Of a stretch of DNA of 64,000 nt, positions 10,574 through 22,226 are shown piece by piece (position 1 is the stretch's first letter; each line of letters begins with the position of its first letter). The translations under genes and the position numbers were made by a program. The stretch lies in contig VRVR01000003.1 of assembly GCA_009859145.1 (NCBI GenBank), forward strand, positions 319,315 through 383,314, in the 5' to 3' direction. The DNA is from Andalucia godoyi And28 (lineage: Eukaryota; Protista; Jakobida). The notes under the pieces were generated by a model. The model saw only the letters and a program-made list of their open reading frames with translations, ran no database searches and was not told where the DNA came from.

Positions 10574-12172
10574 ATGAACGACAGCTTGTTGGATCCGAGC
10601 GCCACCATCAAATCTCGCAAGCATGCTTCTTCGGAACGATGTCGAAACGTCATTTTCTTTCTTTTCGGCTGTGTGGTAACCTCCATGGTTGCTGTCCTAA
10701 TTGGTATTGCAATACTCTACAGCTCACAGTCCGACTCAGGTTCTCAAAGTCAGTGCGATTCTCTCTGTGTTCTCAAGAAACAACTGCCGACTCGTGTTTT
10801 TACGCCCGCAGACGGCAGCGCATTCTCCGCCGCGGCGGCAATGTGGAGCCCGGAGTTTGATGGGAAGAGGCCTGCAGTGATTGCATTGTGCCAATCAGAG
10901 ATAGATGTCATTGCAGTGATCCAGTACGCGTCGTCAGTCCAACTCCCAATTCGCGTCCGCTCGGGGGGTCATTCAGCCCTAGGGTGGTCAACGTGCGACA
11001 CTCCCTCGTGCATCGTTGCTGACATCTCGGGTATAAGCCAGATTGCACCCGCAGTTGCACAAGGAGTGGTTATTGTGGGAGCTGGCGCTCGAATGATAGA
11101 TGTCCAAAAAACAGTGATTCCGTTGGGATTTGCCGTGAATGCCGGTTCCGGACAGACGATTGGCTGGGGCGGGTTTGCCACCGGTGGAGGTCTTGGATTG
11201 TTCAACAGATTATACGGAATCGCGTCGGATTCCATAGTTTCCGCACGAATTGTGCTAGCAAATTGTTCAGTGATTGACGCCACTTCATCCAATTCCTTCT
11301 CGGACATATTTTGGGCGATCGGCGGCGGCTCGGGCGGTTTTGGGATCGTGTCGCAGTTCACGTTCCTTTTGCATAGCATTCCCTCGAATGGAAGAATTTC
11401 TGCAGCACGTATCCAATGGGATGCTCGCAGAGTCCAAAATTTGTCTGACAGTGCGTCTCAGTACTTCTCGTGGCTCAAAACAGCTGATTTGCGGATCCAA
11501 CCGTTTCTCAACTTTGATAACTCTGGATCCTCCCTTACCGCTTCGCTATTTTTCAGCGGCTCCGCGACCGATCTTTCCTTGCAAATCCAAGCATTGAATG
11601 TGAGTGTTCCAGGCCTCCTGTTTGTTCAAGATGTTCACGATGCTCCGTACTTGGAGGTCTACTCCAACTGGGCTGACTCGGACCGATATTACATGTCTCT
11701 CATGACGTTTATGTCAGGTCCAGATGGAATCCCCAGCTATTTATTTCCAAAGATTATGTATTGGGCAAGTCAATCCCAGTCGTATTGCCTGGGGGGCTCC
11801 TCTGCTATCAGCTGCGGTATTCACACTCTCGCTATCGGTGGTGTTTCTGCTGCAAAGGATCCGGATTTCAGCGCCTGGCCTCATCGATCCAGTCTTATTG
11901 ATGTCATTATCAGCGCTGACTCCTACCATGACTCCGTATTTCAGCGCGGTCAGCAGTGGGCGCAGATGGCTTGGGAAGACATTACATCTTCATATGCAGA
12001 GTGGCCACGACGTATTTATGTCAATTCGCCTGTACCAGAGGACATGATGCCAGATTGGCGACACGCATACTTTGGAACTCACTATGACCGTTTGCTGCAG
12101 ATCAAGATGAAGTACGATCCCAACGCAGTGTTTCGCCAGCCCGGAACTGTGCAGCCGGATATCCGCAGTTGA
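10574..12172 (+). CDS. FAD-linked oxidoreductase of the berberine-bridge-enzyme-like family, with N-terminal membrane anchor
   Basis: RVRSGGHS (covalent-FAD His motif), GGGLGLFNRLYG, DIFWAIGGGSGGFGIV, and C-terminal BBE motif YVN..YFGTHYDRLLQIKMKYDP. TM helix at about residues 25-48. Confidence 0.88.
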   Translation: MNDSLLDPSATIKSRKHASSERCRNVIFFLFGCVVTSMVAVLIGIAILYSSQSDSGSQSQCDSLCVLKKQLPTRVFTPADGSAFSAAAAMWSPEFDGKRPAVIALCQSEIDVIAVIQYASSVQLPIRVRSGGHSALGWSTCDTPSCIVADISGISQIAPAVAQGVVIVGAGARMIDVQKTVIPLGFAVNAGSGQTIGWGGFATGGGLGLFNRLYGIASDSIVSARIVLANCSVIDATSSNSFSDIFWAIGGGSGGFGIVSQFTFLLHSIPSNGRISAARIQWDARRVQNLSDSASQYFSWLKTADLRIQPFLNFDNSGSSLTASLFFSGSATDLSLQIQALNVSVPGLLFVQDVHDAPYLEVYSNWADSDRYYMSLMTFMSGPDGIPSYLFPKIMYWASQSQSYCLGGSSAISCGIHTLAIGGVSAAKDPDFSAWPHRSSLIDVIISADSYHDSVFQRGQQWAQMAWEDITSSYAEWPRRIYVNSPVPEDMMPDWRHAYFGTHYDRLLQIKMKYDPNAVFRQPGTVQPDIRS

Positions 12173-12336
12173 CTATCGGACATGCGTAAATGGAAAACAT
12201 TTGTTTATTAACATAATAATAATAAACAAACGGAACATGCATGGGTACAAACAAAAGATCAAACAAACAAGCTGCAACGACAGCAACGCAAGATCACCAA
12301 CAAACATTCTCGAACGATGCGCAATGGACTGTGGAA

Positions 12337-13871
12337 TCAAGCTGTTTTGGAGAGGAATGCCCTCTGGATGCCATGAGAAGGGTTTGTTGCGAAGAAGACA
12401 TCAGATGTTGGCTCGATGCCACGGTCTCGATAGAATTTCTGCCCCACCCCAGCAAAAAATCGATCCTTGATACGGACATCAACGTACGCAACCGCAGCGC
12501 CGCCCCAGCCAGCTCCCGTCAGGCGAGCGCCCCAAGCACCTTCTTCTCGACAAATACGGGTCAACAGATCAAGTTCCTCGCAAGAACATTCATACAGATC
12601 ACGATTGGATGCGTGGGAGGCATCCATGAGCTTGCCCAGTTCCCGATGGAGCTCCACGGGGTCCAAAGTAGGCTTGTTGCACACATCAATGAAGTCCAGG
12701 ACGCGAGCAGCCTCGGAATAGACGTGCGCAGCACGATCATGCAAAGCGAAGCACGCATCATCAGGATTTGGCACGTTGATGAGATTTCCACAAAACCGCT
12801 CAAAACACTGCTGTACTCCGTCATACCCATTGAAGCCCAGTACATCTGCAATCTCCCTCAGCGAATAATTTCCGGCATGCAGCTTCTCGTCAACAATGGT
12901 CATCATATTCTTCAAGGAGGAAGAGCGGAAGTAACGCTCCTGCACGTATTTGAGATTGACTGGCCCTTCCGCATTTCCACAAAGCACAGCCGCAGCAAAT
13001 CTACATTCACACACTCTGTAGTTGTAGAACTTCTTGGCAGTCTGAGCTTTATGTGACGCCACGCATGTGTTGCACACAAAGAAACATCCGCCATCGGGAA
13101 CTTTGACAGGCTTCACGGACAGGGACGGTTCGAAAGCCACGTACATCGGACAGTATTCTTGAGCAAGACACGAAATGGCCTGATCCATTCCCCCGCCGGC
13201 CATTCCGAGAAGCCTCTCACTTTGAGTGGCATACTCTGCGATTTGCGAAAGTGAAGATTGCGACTCCGGATCAAACAGCGACAAAAACGAATAAACAGCA
13301 GCACATGACAGGGCAGAACTGGACGACAAGCCACTTCCATAAGGAACATTTCCCCCAACCATCATTCGAACCACGAAGTTGCCCGAAACTCCAGCAGACT
13401 TTGAGAGGACAAGTTTCGCAGCAGCAAGCAGATAGTTGATCCAAGAATGTTCACTTTCTAGCGAAATAGAGTCCACAAAAGACAAGTTCCGAGCACTGAA
13501 GTGATTTGAATCGACATTTCGAAACTCCACCTGAAGAGAAAAGGAGTGCGCATCGTCAACAGTCCAGCTAGTTGCAATTGCAGCTCTTTTTTCAATTGCA
13601 GCAGGGAGAACACCATATCCAGAATAGTCAATGTGTTCGCCTACAGGAAAGCACAGCAAAGGAGAAGAAAGTACATGCCAGATTGGAGGCGATAAAAACA
13701 AAAGACGAACGCAGAAAATGAGTGAGAGCTGTGATTTTGTGAAGAAAGCATCAGAACGGACAACATACCAATGAGATTCACGCGACCTGGAGCACTGATG
13801 ACCATGCTAGGCTTTGCGCCATATGCACGTTCAAATTCTAGTACGACTGCATCTTCAGGAGCAACGGCCAT
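12337..13871 (-). CDS. GALK: Galactokinase / N-acetylgalactosamine kinase (GHMP family), 2 exons
   Basis: Exon 13871-13769, intron 13768-13641 (gtatgt..ctgtag), exon 13640-12337. Splicing restores APGRVNLIGEHIDY; GSGLSSSSA and GARLTGAGWGG motifs present. Confidence 0.93.
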
Positions 13872-14221
13872 TCCCGAAACCAACGCTGCAAAGAACGAGA
13901 ATATCACAAAAAAAAAAGCAAAGCAAAGCAAAGCACCGTGAAAAAGAACGCTGAGTGTTTTGGTGTCAACAAATTCTCGGCGGGCCAACAGCAAATCAAC
14001 TATGCGATATAACATTGCATGTTAGCCGGTGCACGATAGAGAAGAAGCCTTTCCTCTGTGGAAGTGGAACAGGAGGATTTCGGGAGAATCACTGTTCTGC
14101 CATCGAGGCATACCGCACAGCGTGGACAGGCAGTTGCTGACAATTGTGAGAAACACACTCACACACTCACACACTCACACACACACACCACACACAGAGG
14201 TTCTAAAAGAAAAGGCGAGAG

Positions 14222-14693
14222 ATGAGTATCCGAACTCGAAAATCATATTCTGAAATGATTGAAAGTGAGGAGGCGCAAGCAGAAGCGAACGAACGAACTG
14301 TGAATGCGATGAATCTTCGTCGAAACAAGTTCCCAGTAAAGGAAATGATTCGAGCAATCTTTCTCTTTACTTTTGGGGCGGTTTGTCTCACGGTTGGCGC
14401 ACTTATGTACACTGGATACATTCCCGATGACTTTTGGGAACGCGGAATACCAGTCATGGTTCTTGGAGGAATCTGCTTCATTCCTGGATCCTATATATGC
14501 TTGTATGTTGCTATGTTCCCACTCCACCCCACCCACCCACTTTTTTTTCTTTTCTTTCTTCCTCTTTCCCACCCAGATTGCTGCAGTACACTTATGTAGT
14601 TCTTTTCTAACTTTGATGCATCCACGCAGCATTGCGTATCAAACATGGCGAGGGCGGCCCGGATACACATACTCGCTCATTCCCCAAGACTGA
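14222..14693 (+). CDS. TMEM230: TMEM230 (DUF872)-like membrane protein, 2 exons
   Basis: Exon 14222-14502, intron 14503-14629 (gtatgt..ctaac..gcag), exon 14630-14693. Gives FIPGSYICFIAYQTWRGRPGYTYSLIP. Confidence 0.8.
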
Positions 14694-14844
14694 AGTTTAA
14701 AAACCAGCAAGCGAATCAAAGACATTGCATAAAGAACGACACACAAACCGGATGACTTTTCCTCCTGCCTCTGCCTCTCCTTCTTCTTCTACTACTGCTG
14801 TTACCAGTGCTAGGATTACTAGGACTTTTCCTTATTTTTGTTGT

Positions 14845-15276
14845 TTAGAAACAGCAGTCACAGTCAAACGGGCATTGATCAGTATCTTTTCCGTGGCCAA
14901 TGTTCAGTTCATCGACAGAATATACGAGAACTCCGTCGACTCTGCGACGTCCGGATTGTCCACGACTGTCGAAAAAGCCGTCGCCGTTTTCATGTTCTGC
15001 CTTTGCTTTTTGCTCGGATGTTTTGGACCTTTTCTTTGCAGGTTGTTGTTGTTGTTGTGGTGGTGGTGGTAAAGAATCGTCGAAACCCGACACAGATTCT
15101 GCAGATCGCTTGAAAGATGCCTTGGAAGGTGCCTTGGAAGACGTCTTCATGGTCGGTTTCGGAGGACTTGCAAAAATATCGTCGATTTCATTTGCTGATT
15201 TCACAGATGAATCAGTCTTTTCAGATTTCGCGGATTTCAGAACGGCCGTCTTCTTGATGACGTTCGACATTGGCAT
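14845..15276 (-). CDS. DUF1764-family protein
   Basis: C-terminal RRRVDGVLVYSVDELNIG..TDQCPFDCDCCF signature; low-complexity basic N-terminus. Confidence 0.85.
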   Translation of the reverse strand: MPMSNVIKKTAVLKSAKSEKTDSSVKSANEIDDIFASPPKPTMKTSSKAPSKASFKRSAESVSGFDDSLPPPPQQQQQPAKKRSKTSEQKAKAEHENGDGFFDSRGQSGRRRVDGVLVYSVDELNIGHGKDTDQCPFDCDCCF

Positions 15277-15602
15277 GGTTTTTTTTTCCTCCCCCGTTTT
15301 ACTCGTGTGCAATAAGCAGTCGGTTGTCAAAAGAAACCAATCGGGTTTCCTCCCGGTTTTCTGTCAAAGCAAAAACAGAGAGAGAGAGAGAGGAAAAAGG
15401 CGAAAGAAGAGCAACATTCTACGTGATGATGATGCATCACGTGATTCTTGATTTTTGCAGCTGAAGAACAAAAAATCTCCCGACGCAAACAGGATTCCTC
15501 CAACTTCAGGCTGTCGCCATTCACACACGATTGCTGCCGCACAACTTGCGAATAAGACTACACAAATTGCAGGAAACAAGCAACACAGAGCATCGCGATA
15601 CC

Positions 15603-16325
15603 ATGTCTGAGAATAACGAAAAGATTGTACTTTATTCGTACTGGCGTTCTTCGTGTTCGTGGAGAGTGCGAATTGCTCTCGAGCTGAAAGGACTGAGCTA
15701 CGAGTACGTTGCAGTGAACTTGATTGCGAATGGAGGAGAGCAGTTGCAACCGGAGTATGCAAAGCTGAATCCGGGCCGCAAAGTGCCCACATTGTTGATG
15801 GACGGCAACACGCTGAACCAGTCGCTTGCAATTTGTGAGTACGTTGATGAGACGCACTCGGAAAGGAACCCTTTGTTGCCTCGCGGGTCATCTACCAAGG
15901 ATGCTGGAGATCGAGCCAACATCCGCGCTCTGTGCTTGCAGCTTGTTGCAGACACTCAGCCCCTCCAGAACTTGCACATTCTGAACAAAGTCGCGGCAAT
16001 TGCAGGGCCTGCCAACGCTGATGCAAAGAATGCGTGGGCAAAGGAAGTCATCGAAAAGGGCCTCGCTGCGTTTGAAACGATGGTTCGCACATATGCAAGC
16101 CGCTCTCATCCTGATCGGGAACCTTCTGACTTGCAGTTCTGCTATGGAGATGCTCTCTCTCTTGCAGATCTCTGCCTGGTCCCGCAACTCTACAATGGAC
16201 GTAGATTCGGAGTCGACGTTGACCGCATCTGTCCTGCATGCGTTGCGATCGATAAGCACCTGGCAACAATCCCAGAGTTTATTGCAGCAGCCCCAGATGC
16301 GCAACCGGATAAACCATCGTGCTAA
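15603..16325 (+). CDS. GSTZ1: Glutathione S-transferase zeta / maleylacetoacetate isomerase
   Basis: LYSYWRSSCSWRVRIAL, NPGRKVPTL, QSLAICEY, DTQPLQNL and SLADLCLVPQ motifs. Confidence 0.93.
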   Translation: MSENNEKIVLYSYWRSSCSWRVRIALELKGLSYEYVAVNLIANGGEQLQPEYAKLNPGRKVPTLLMDGNTLNQSLAICEYVDETHSERNPLLPRGSSTKDAGDRANIRALCLQLVADTQPLQNLHILNKVAAIAGPANADAKNAWAKEVIEKGLAAFETMVRTYASRSHPDREPSDLQFCYGDALSLADLCLVPQLYNGRRFGVDVDRICPACVAIDKHLATIPEFIAAAPDAQPDKPSC

Positions 16326-16506
16326 CTCGTCGCTTCTTTGAGAAGCATTTTTTGTTTTTGTTTTGTTTTGTTTGAGGATTTCGGTTGCTGATCTGTTTGC
16401 GCTCTGCAGTTTCTGTTTAGGACGCTCTCGCTAGTAAATATTGGCTCGCGTTTTCAGTTTCCAATTTCAACAATTCCTTTATTCATTAAAGCATCCATTT
16501 ATTCAT

Positions 16507-17067
16507 TCACTGATGATCCCCGTTTTCTTCAACTTGCATTGGGGTAGCGGATGTCGTATGCTTTTTGGATCCCCTCGATCGGTTCCGGTGGCTTGCTCGG
16601 GACTTTTTAAGACCGGTCATGTTTGTGCGGAAGAGTGTGGTAAGGGACACTTGCAAAGCTGCCGCATCGCGAGCGTTCACAAGAGTCGAAATCTTTGCAG
16701 ATCCGTCAGTTGCGCGAAGAATACACATCGGCTCTTCAGGGTGAGCCGCTGACGGTGATGCAAAGTCGCGCTGCCCTTTCTTTTGATACGGAATGCCTCG
16801 ATCTGTACATGCCGACAACAGCCACAATCACCATCACAACAGCAACAATAAGAACAAAAATATTGCAATAGCGAAAAACAAAAAGATGAGAGATAGAGTG
16901 AAAGAAGAACAAACAGCAAAAATTGGAACAATGGAAAAAACAACAATGAAAAAAATAAACAAACACATACAAGGCTTGATCGTAATCCAGACGCTTCCGC
17001 TGGTCTTATTGGAGGCAAACAATGCGCTCGCTTTATCAACAAACAGTGCTACAGGTACTCTGCTCAT
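16507..17067 (-). CDS. SRP14: Signal recognition particle 14 kDa protein, 2 exons
   Basis: Exon 17067-16971, intron 16970-16803 (gtatgt..tacag), exon 16802-16507. SGSVWITIK, CILRATDG..KISTLV and NMTGLKK motifs. Confidence 0.88.
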
Positions 17068-17375
17068 TTTCGCACGCTGACTGTGTCAAAATAGAGAAGG
17101 GAGACAACGGACCCTGCATCGAGATCAGCGATTGACGAAAGGGAGAGAACGTCTCGGACGGAGACTGCTTGAACTTTGGCGGATATGAGATTTCCGGTCG
17201 ACGACTGTCAACCTCGACGGCATCCAGCATTTTATCGATTTCCGAAGTGGCTTTTCTAGTTTGCGTGCAGCAACTGACGAGGCAAGGCGAGCAGGGAGAG
17301 ACGCACGCACGCACACACGCACGCACACACGCACGCACAGACAGACAGAGAGAGAGAGAGAGAGAAAAGCGAGGA

Positions 17376-19244
17376 ATGAGTCTAAAACTTGCATTGATTG
17401 ACGAACTGAGACAAAAGGTTCCTCATTTAGGCTGGGACGTGATCGCTTCCGCGGTTCGTGATTCTCTCGGATCTGGAGACGATGACCCGTGGGATGCGGG
17501 GCGCTGCGAAAAAGAGTTCAAATCCATTGGCGTGCTTGCAATGCGTGCGAAGCGAGTCGAATATCTGAAAAGTGCATACGATCATATCTCTTATGCTCTT
17601 GAGCACACGAGCGCGCCCTTTTGCGCGTCGTATGCACAGCAATTAGCGAATTCAGTGAAAATTGCAGATCTCCGACCAGTTTCCCTTCCAGTTGCGCCAA
17701 GTTCTGTGGTTTCCGCCACGATTGATTCTTTGAAACGAAACGATGGGGAGGCAGCAGAAGGTACGGAGTTTACGCAGCAAGCTATTCAGGAAGGTGAATT
17801 GCAGAAACAGCTGCTGTTGCAGCAAAGGACAGCCGAAGAGAATTTGAAGCTGCAGACTCGTGCTTCGGATTTGATGAAGCAACTTCAAGCAAGCAAGCAA
17901 CGACAGGACCGTGTTCAAGCACAAGCGGTTGCTGCAGTTGCCGCAGTTACTGCAGCTTCCTTTGCTGACGCAGGAGCCATTGGGCCGGAACTGGGCGCGG
18001 AAGGCGCAGGCGAGTACAAGACGGTCGAAATGATTGCGCAACAACAGCCTTCTTTCACTGGTGCGAGCATTGCGTCGGCGGCTGGTCCATTGCGACCAAT
18101 CGAAGTGTCTGGGCTGGAACCTGGCGCGCCCGCTGCAGAATCGGTGTCGAAAAAGCTGGATCGCAGAAAGAGCCGAACAAGCGAAGGAGTGTCAGACAAG
18201 GAAGGCAAAGTGAAGCCGAGGGAAAATGCAGTCGAAAAGGAAGCGGTGAGAACGCCGTCCACTCGTGAATCAGGACGGAGACCGCGGAGATCTGGCTCGA
18301 ATGTGCTGTTGGAAAGCCTGGATGATTTGCTGTTGCCGGAAGAGACGACACCCAAACCGAAACAATCTTTGATTGCGACGGATCTTGGAGCCGTTGCACC
18401 ACCACCTCCTTCTCGAGATGGGGAGCGTCCCGAAACCAACGAATCGGATCGACAGCGAATTTCCACTCGGACGAGAAAGCGGGCGTTTGACCACATTTCT
18501 TCAGAAGCTGCAGAGAATTCTCCTGCTACTGCTGCTGTTGTCTCTCCGCCGTTGAAAAGAAGCAAATCTGACGTTCCTTTCACAGCTGCTTCGCCTCCGC
18601 CTCTGACATCCTCCTCTTCGCTTTCCGACGACTCTGCAGAAGTCGTTCCTACTCTTGCGTCGGTCTCCGCGATGCAGCCGGTATACGAAGCGATGTACGA
18701 ATTGCTCCGGTTCTTTCTGTCCCACTCTACCGCAGGCATGTTTCGTATGGATGTGTCGGACGAGTCAATTCCCGGGTACTCGGAATTAGTCAAAGTCCCC
18801 ATCAACATCTACGATATTGTTGGACGTGTTCCTGGTGCGCTCGATCGCCTGTCTTCGAAGGCCAAGCTGGGCGAATACAAAATTCCTCCACTTTCGCATC
18901 TCTCGTCTTCGACAAAGTACACATTTGCCGGGGAAATGTGGCGTGACCTGCTACAAATGTTTACAAATGCGCTTGTTTTCAATGCTAGCGATTCTTCGTA
19001 TTATAGGAACGCGCTGACTTGCCTGTCCACTGTTCGAGAAGAAATGCGGGCAATTCTTGCCCTTGAGCGCCGTGTCATGTTCCACCCTCCAGCGAAGAGT
19101 CCTGTGGAAGATGCAAGCGATCCCAAGCAAGAATTGGACAGTCGATCCTCAAAGCCACTGATTGGCAAACGATCGACGGATTCGCCATCAGACCCATTGT
19201 ATCCGCATTTGTACATGAAGCTCGCTCCCGAAGACCAGGAGTAG
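17376..19244 (+). CDS. Bromodomain-containing protein (BRD8-like)
   Basis: C-terminal bromodomain: FRMDVSDESIPGYSELVKVPIN..DLLQMFTNALVFN. Coiled-coil and low-complexity middle region. Confidence 0.8.
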   Translation: MSLKLALIDELRQKVPHLGWDVIASAVRDSLGSGDDDPWDAGRCEKEFKSIGVLAMRAKRVEYLKSAYDHISYALEHTSAPFCASYAQQLANSVKIADLRPVSLPVAPSSVVSATIDSLKRNDGEAAEGTEFTQQAIQEGELQKQLLLQQRTAEENLKLQTRASDLMKQLQASKQRQDRVQAQAVAAVAAVTAASFADAGAIGPELGAEGAGEYKTVEMIAQQQPSFTGASIASAAGPLRPIEVSGLEPGAPAAESVSKKLDRRKSRTSEGVSDKEGKVKPRENAVEKEAVRTPSTRESGRRPRRSGSNVLLESLDDLLLPEETTPKPKQSLIATDLGAVAPPPPSRDGERPETNESDRQRISTRTRKRAFDHISSEAAENSPATAAVVSPPLKRSKSDVPFTAASPPPLTSSSSLSDDSAEVVPTLASVSAMQPVYEAMYELLRFFLSHSTAGMFRMDVSDESIPGYSELVKVPINIYDIVGRVPGALDRLSSKAKLGEYKIPPLSHLSSSTKYTFAGEMWRDLLQMFTNALVFNASDSSYYRNALTCLSTVREEMRAILALERRVMFHPPAKSPVEDASDPKQELDSRSSKPLIGKRSTDSPSDPLYPHLYMKLAPEDQE

Positions 19245-19463
19245 ATATTAATAATAATAATAATAATAATAATAATCAACGAGTAAGGAGCAGACAGAGC
19301 AAATCAAAAGAGACCTGAAAAGAAAAAAAATTAAAAGGAGAGCTGTGGACACAGCAAATGACGTGTTTTAATTATTTATTTATGAGTGTTGTTTGTTTGT
19401 TTGTTTTGAAAAAGTTGCCAGGAAGATATTCGGAAAAATGACGAATGGTTCGTGGTGCTTTGT

Positions 19464-20243
19464 TTACGCTTCGCTTTCCTTCTTTGTTCTAGACTCCATG
19501 AACTCGGGGTCGGCCTTGAGGAATTCAAAGAGCAGAGCGCCGACTGGGAGCGCAGACAAGTGCCAGAGCGAGTGTCCATCAAAGATCTGGAAGATTGGAT
19601 TGAAGTCCAGGAGCTCAAAAGCAGAGCAGGAGAACAGCAGGGCATGGGCATAAATCAGGAACCGGGCGTGTGTTGCACGTTTGTCGCGGATCAAAATCGA
19701 GCAGAAGAATGCTGCATGGAACGCAAGCCCAACTGCACAAACCTTGTTGTGGAATCCGTAGTCGAAAAGAACAAAGTTCATGTAGTAGATGACATACGAC
19801 GCATACAGGAACACTGGTGCACCGATAAGAAGTGCAAATGGTGTGTCGGGCTTGATTCGCATCACGCGCATTAATCCAAACCAAAGGCCAAAGTAGCAAG
19901 CGGATAGCACTCCGTAATAGTCTGCTTTTTCGTTGGCCTTGGTCTCATGCCAATGGAACAAGAATGCGCTAAACGACGTGAACATCCACAGAAAGTGGTA
20001 AATGTCAACGCACCACGAATACGGATACGTTCGAAACCGCGAAACGATGCCACGGAATTTGAAAAAGTTATCGAAATGAAGCAGGAAGCCGGCGAGCGAA
20101 AAGATGCATGATGCGGGTTCTTGGATTCCAAGCCATCCAATCTGAATCACACGAAGTTCAGGATCAGGATTGATTGCTGCATATGCAACTTTTACACAAA
20201 ACAACACGGACAAGACCACGGCCCAAGTCGAAACGCTCAACAT
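19464..20243 (-). CDS. PGAP3: Per1/PGAP3 GPI-remodelling protein
   Basis: GIQEPASCIFS, SAFLFHWHET..TEK-like ANEKADY, FDYGFHNK, FELLDFNPIFQIFDGHSLWHL (CREST-family His motifs). Confidence 0.85.
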   Translation of the reverse strand: MLSVSTWAVVLSVLFCVKVAYAAINPDPELRVIQIGWLGIQEPASCIFSLAGFLLHFDNFFKFRGIVSRFRTYPYSWCVDIYHFLWMFTSFSAFLFHWHETKANEKADYYGVLSACYFGLWFGLMRVMRIKPDTPFALLIGAPVFLYASYVIYYMNFVLFDYGFHNKVCAVGLAFHAAFFCSILIRDKRATHARFLIYAHALLFSCSAFELLDFNPIFQIFDGHSLWHLSALPVGALLFEFLKADPEFMESRTKKESEA

Positions 20244-20413
20244 GACTGTCTGCCTCAATTTCGTGCTATGAACCCCAACGTAAGAGAGAAGCTCAGAAGG
20301 AAAACGAAGCGAGAAGGACAGGCAAATTGTTGCTCGATGCACGACAGGAGACCGAGCTTCGGTGCCGTGATTTGATGCTTGATGGCAGCGACTGCTCGAA
20401 CAACGAAAGAGGC

Positions 20414-20448
<35 letters not shown>

Positions 20449-20643
20449 CACAATCCAATCAACGACGCACATCGAGCATCAACGACGGAGTAAAATGGGA
20501 TTTTCTTCTTCTTCTGTTTTCCGTCATCACCACCATCACCGTCATCACCACCATCACCATCTTCTCGTCGGGGACTGTGCGTGTTTTGCTGTTGTTGTGG
20601 GATTCTCGAGGGATATCTTATCGTCGTTAAGAGTACATAGAGG

Positions 20644-22185
20644 ATGATTGAAGACTACACGCAAGGTTCTTCCTCGGACAAGTCAGAACCTCTCGAATTT
20701 GGGTGGTCTCGGAAGCGCAAAGCCGTGATGCAGAATGCGGAAGCAAATGGAATTCCAGGCGGTCCAACTCCTGCCCAACCGACGCTGTCGCAGCTTATGC
20801 CGCCGCCAGTTCCTCAAAATTCAATCATGCAGGCTTCTCAGCCTGATGGATATGAACCGGATAACATTCCTACAACTGCGGATGCACCTTCATTGGCGTC
20901 GTTGCCGTCGATGTTGGGTGGACCAATGACACAGAGTTCGCGATCCCAGCAGCAGCAGCAGCAGCCTCATCCGCAGTTTGAAAATACAGAAGGAATCGAA
21001 ATTACGCCGCAACCGAACGAGCTCGTCATGTTCGTTCCGATGCTCGCGACAACGAAAAAGACCGTCTGCAAGTGGAAGAATCCCAGAATGCGAGTATGGA
21101 TTCGAGAGGAAATGAGCGTATGGGATATTTTGCAGGAAATGGACTTGAATGCTGATCCTTCGGTTTTGTACAAGTACTGCAGATCGCTTTCGACCAAGGA
21201 GCGACTGCTGGAGGCTGCGACGTCGATGTATGGGTCGGATATTGTACAATTTGTGCTGCTTTTCATCCGTGAAACAAGTTCGGAAGACATATTTGCGGGA
21301 ATTCTTGACAATAACCATCCTGCGCTCAAGTTATATTGCAATTATCTGAGTGCTCTCGGAGAATACAAGCGTTTGCTTGCCGTGTATCAGCGGTTCAACG
21401 CCAAGTTTGCGGAAGGCAAGTTGCTGTTACGCGAAGCTTTCAAGCAGCCTGATCCGAGAAAGCGTGTCTCAAACTTTCGCTATTCCGAGATGTTCTTCAA
21501 CCAGATCCGAAATCCAGAGTGGGCGCAGGTCAGCGGGGCTGGGGCAAGGCTTCTCGAGCGCCAGATTCGCATTGAAGAGTTTGATGCGAAGGTTGCTGAG
21601 CGCGGCGACGACTGGATTTACCGCAGATATCCTCCACAGTCGATCGTTTTTGGGTCTGTTGCGGACACAATTTACTATAACGAGTTCTATCACGCTTCCG
21701 TGCCGGCTGGTAAACTCTCGTCCCCTGTTGGCATGGCGCGCGACTTTGATGTCTCGGAAAAGAAGCGCTTGTGGCTTGCTTTGCGAGCTCGAGGAATGTT
21801 GCAGGACTGGGATTATCTGAGACAGCTTACGGAAAAACGAGGCTTCTTTTCGCTCAAGCACAAGTCAAAGATTGGATTTCATCCGTTTGTCGAAGTTTGC
21901 CATATGTACCAGGCTCCGATGGAGGTTATGTACCATTTTATCATGCTGATCAAAGATAAGGAAGACCGCATCAAAATCGCGTCACAGTACCAATGCTACG
22001 AGGCACTTATCGAGACTTTCAAGGAGCAGCGTGATTATGGTGCCATGCAAGAATTACTGCAGTTTCTTGATGGCGATTTTGCAGCGTCGTACATGAACGG
22101 AGTTCATCGAGGGAAGATTATGGAGACTTTGAGTAACCCGGACATTAAATGGAAGAATGTCCCAAAGCCTCCAAAGACAAGATGA
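20644..22185 (+). CDS. VIPAS39: VIPAS39/SPE-39 (Vps16 C-terminal-like) protein
   Basis: VSEKKRLWLALRARGMLQDWDYL..KSKIGFHPFVEVC resembles the Vps16_C/SPE-39 repeat region. Confidence 0.65.
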   Translation: MIEDYTQGSSSDKSEPLEFGWSRKRKAVMQNAEANGIPGGPTPAQPTLSQLMPPPVPQNSIMQASQPDGYEPDNIPTTADAPSLASLPSMLGGPMTQSSRSQQQQQQPHPQFENTEGIEITPQPNELVMFVPMLATTKKTVCKWKNPRMRVWIREEMSVWDILQEMDLNADPSVLYKYCRSLSTKERLLEAATSMYGSDIVQFVLLFIRETSSEDIFAGILDNNHPALKLYCNYLSALGEYKRLLAVYQRFNAKFAEGKLLLREAFKQPDPRKRVSNFRYSEMFFNQIRNPEWAQVSGAGARLLERQIRIEEFDAKVAERGDDWIYRRYPPQSIVFGSVADTIYYNEFYHASVPAGKLSSPVGMARDFDVSEKKRLWLALRARGMLQDWDYLRQLTEKRGFFSLKHKSKIGFHPFVEVCHMYQAPMEVMYHFIMLIKDKEDRIKIASQYQCYEALIETFKEQRDYGAMQELLQFLDGDFAASYMNGVHRGKIMETLSNPDIKWKNVPKPPKTR

Positions 22186-22226
22186 TGAGGTGTTATTTGC
22201 AGTCAAGGCCGTCATCCATTTCGTAT

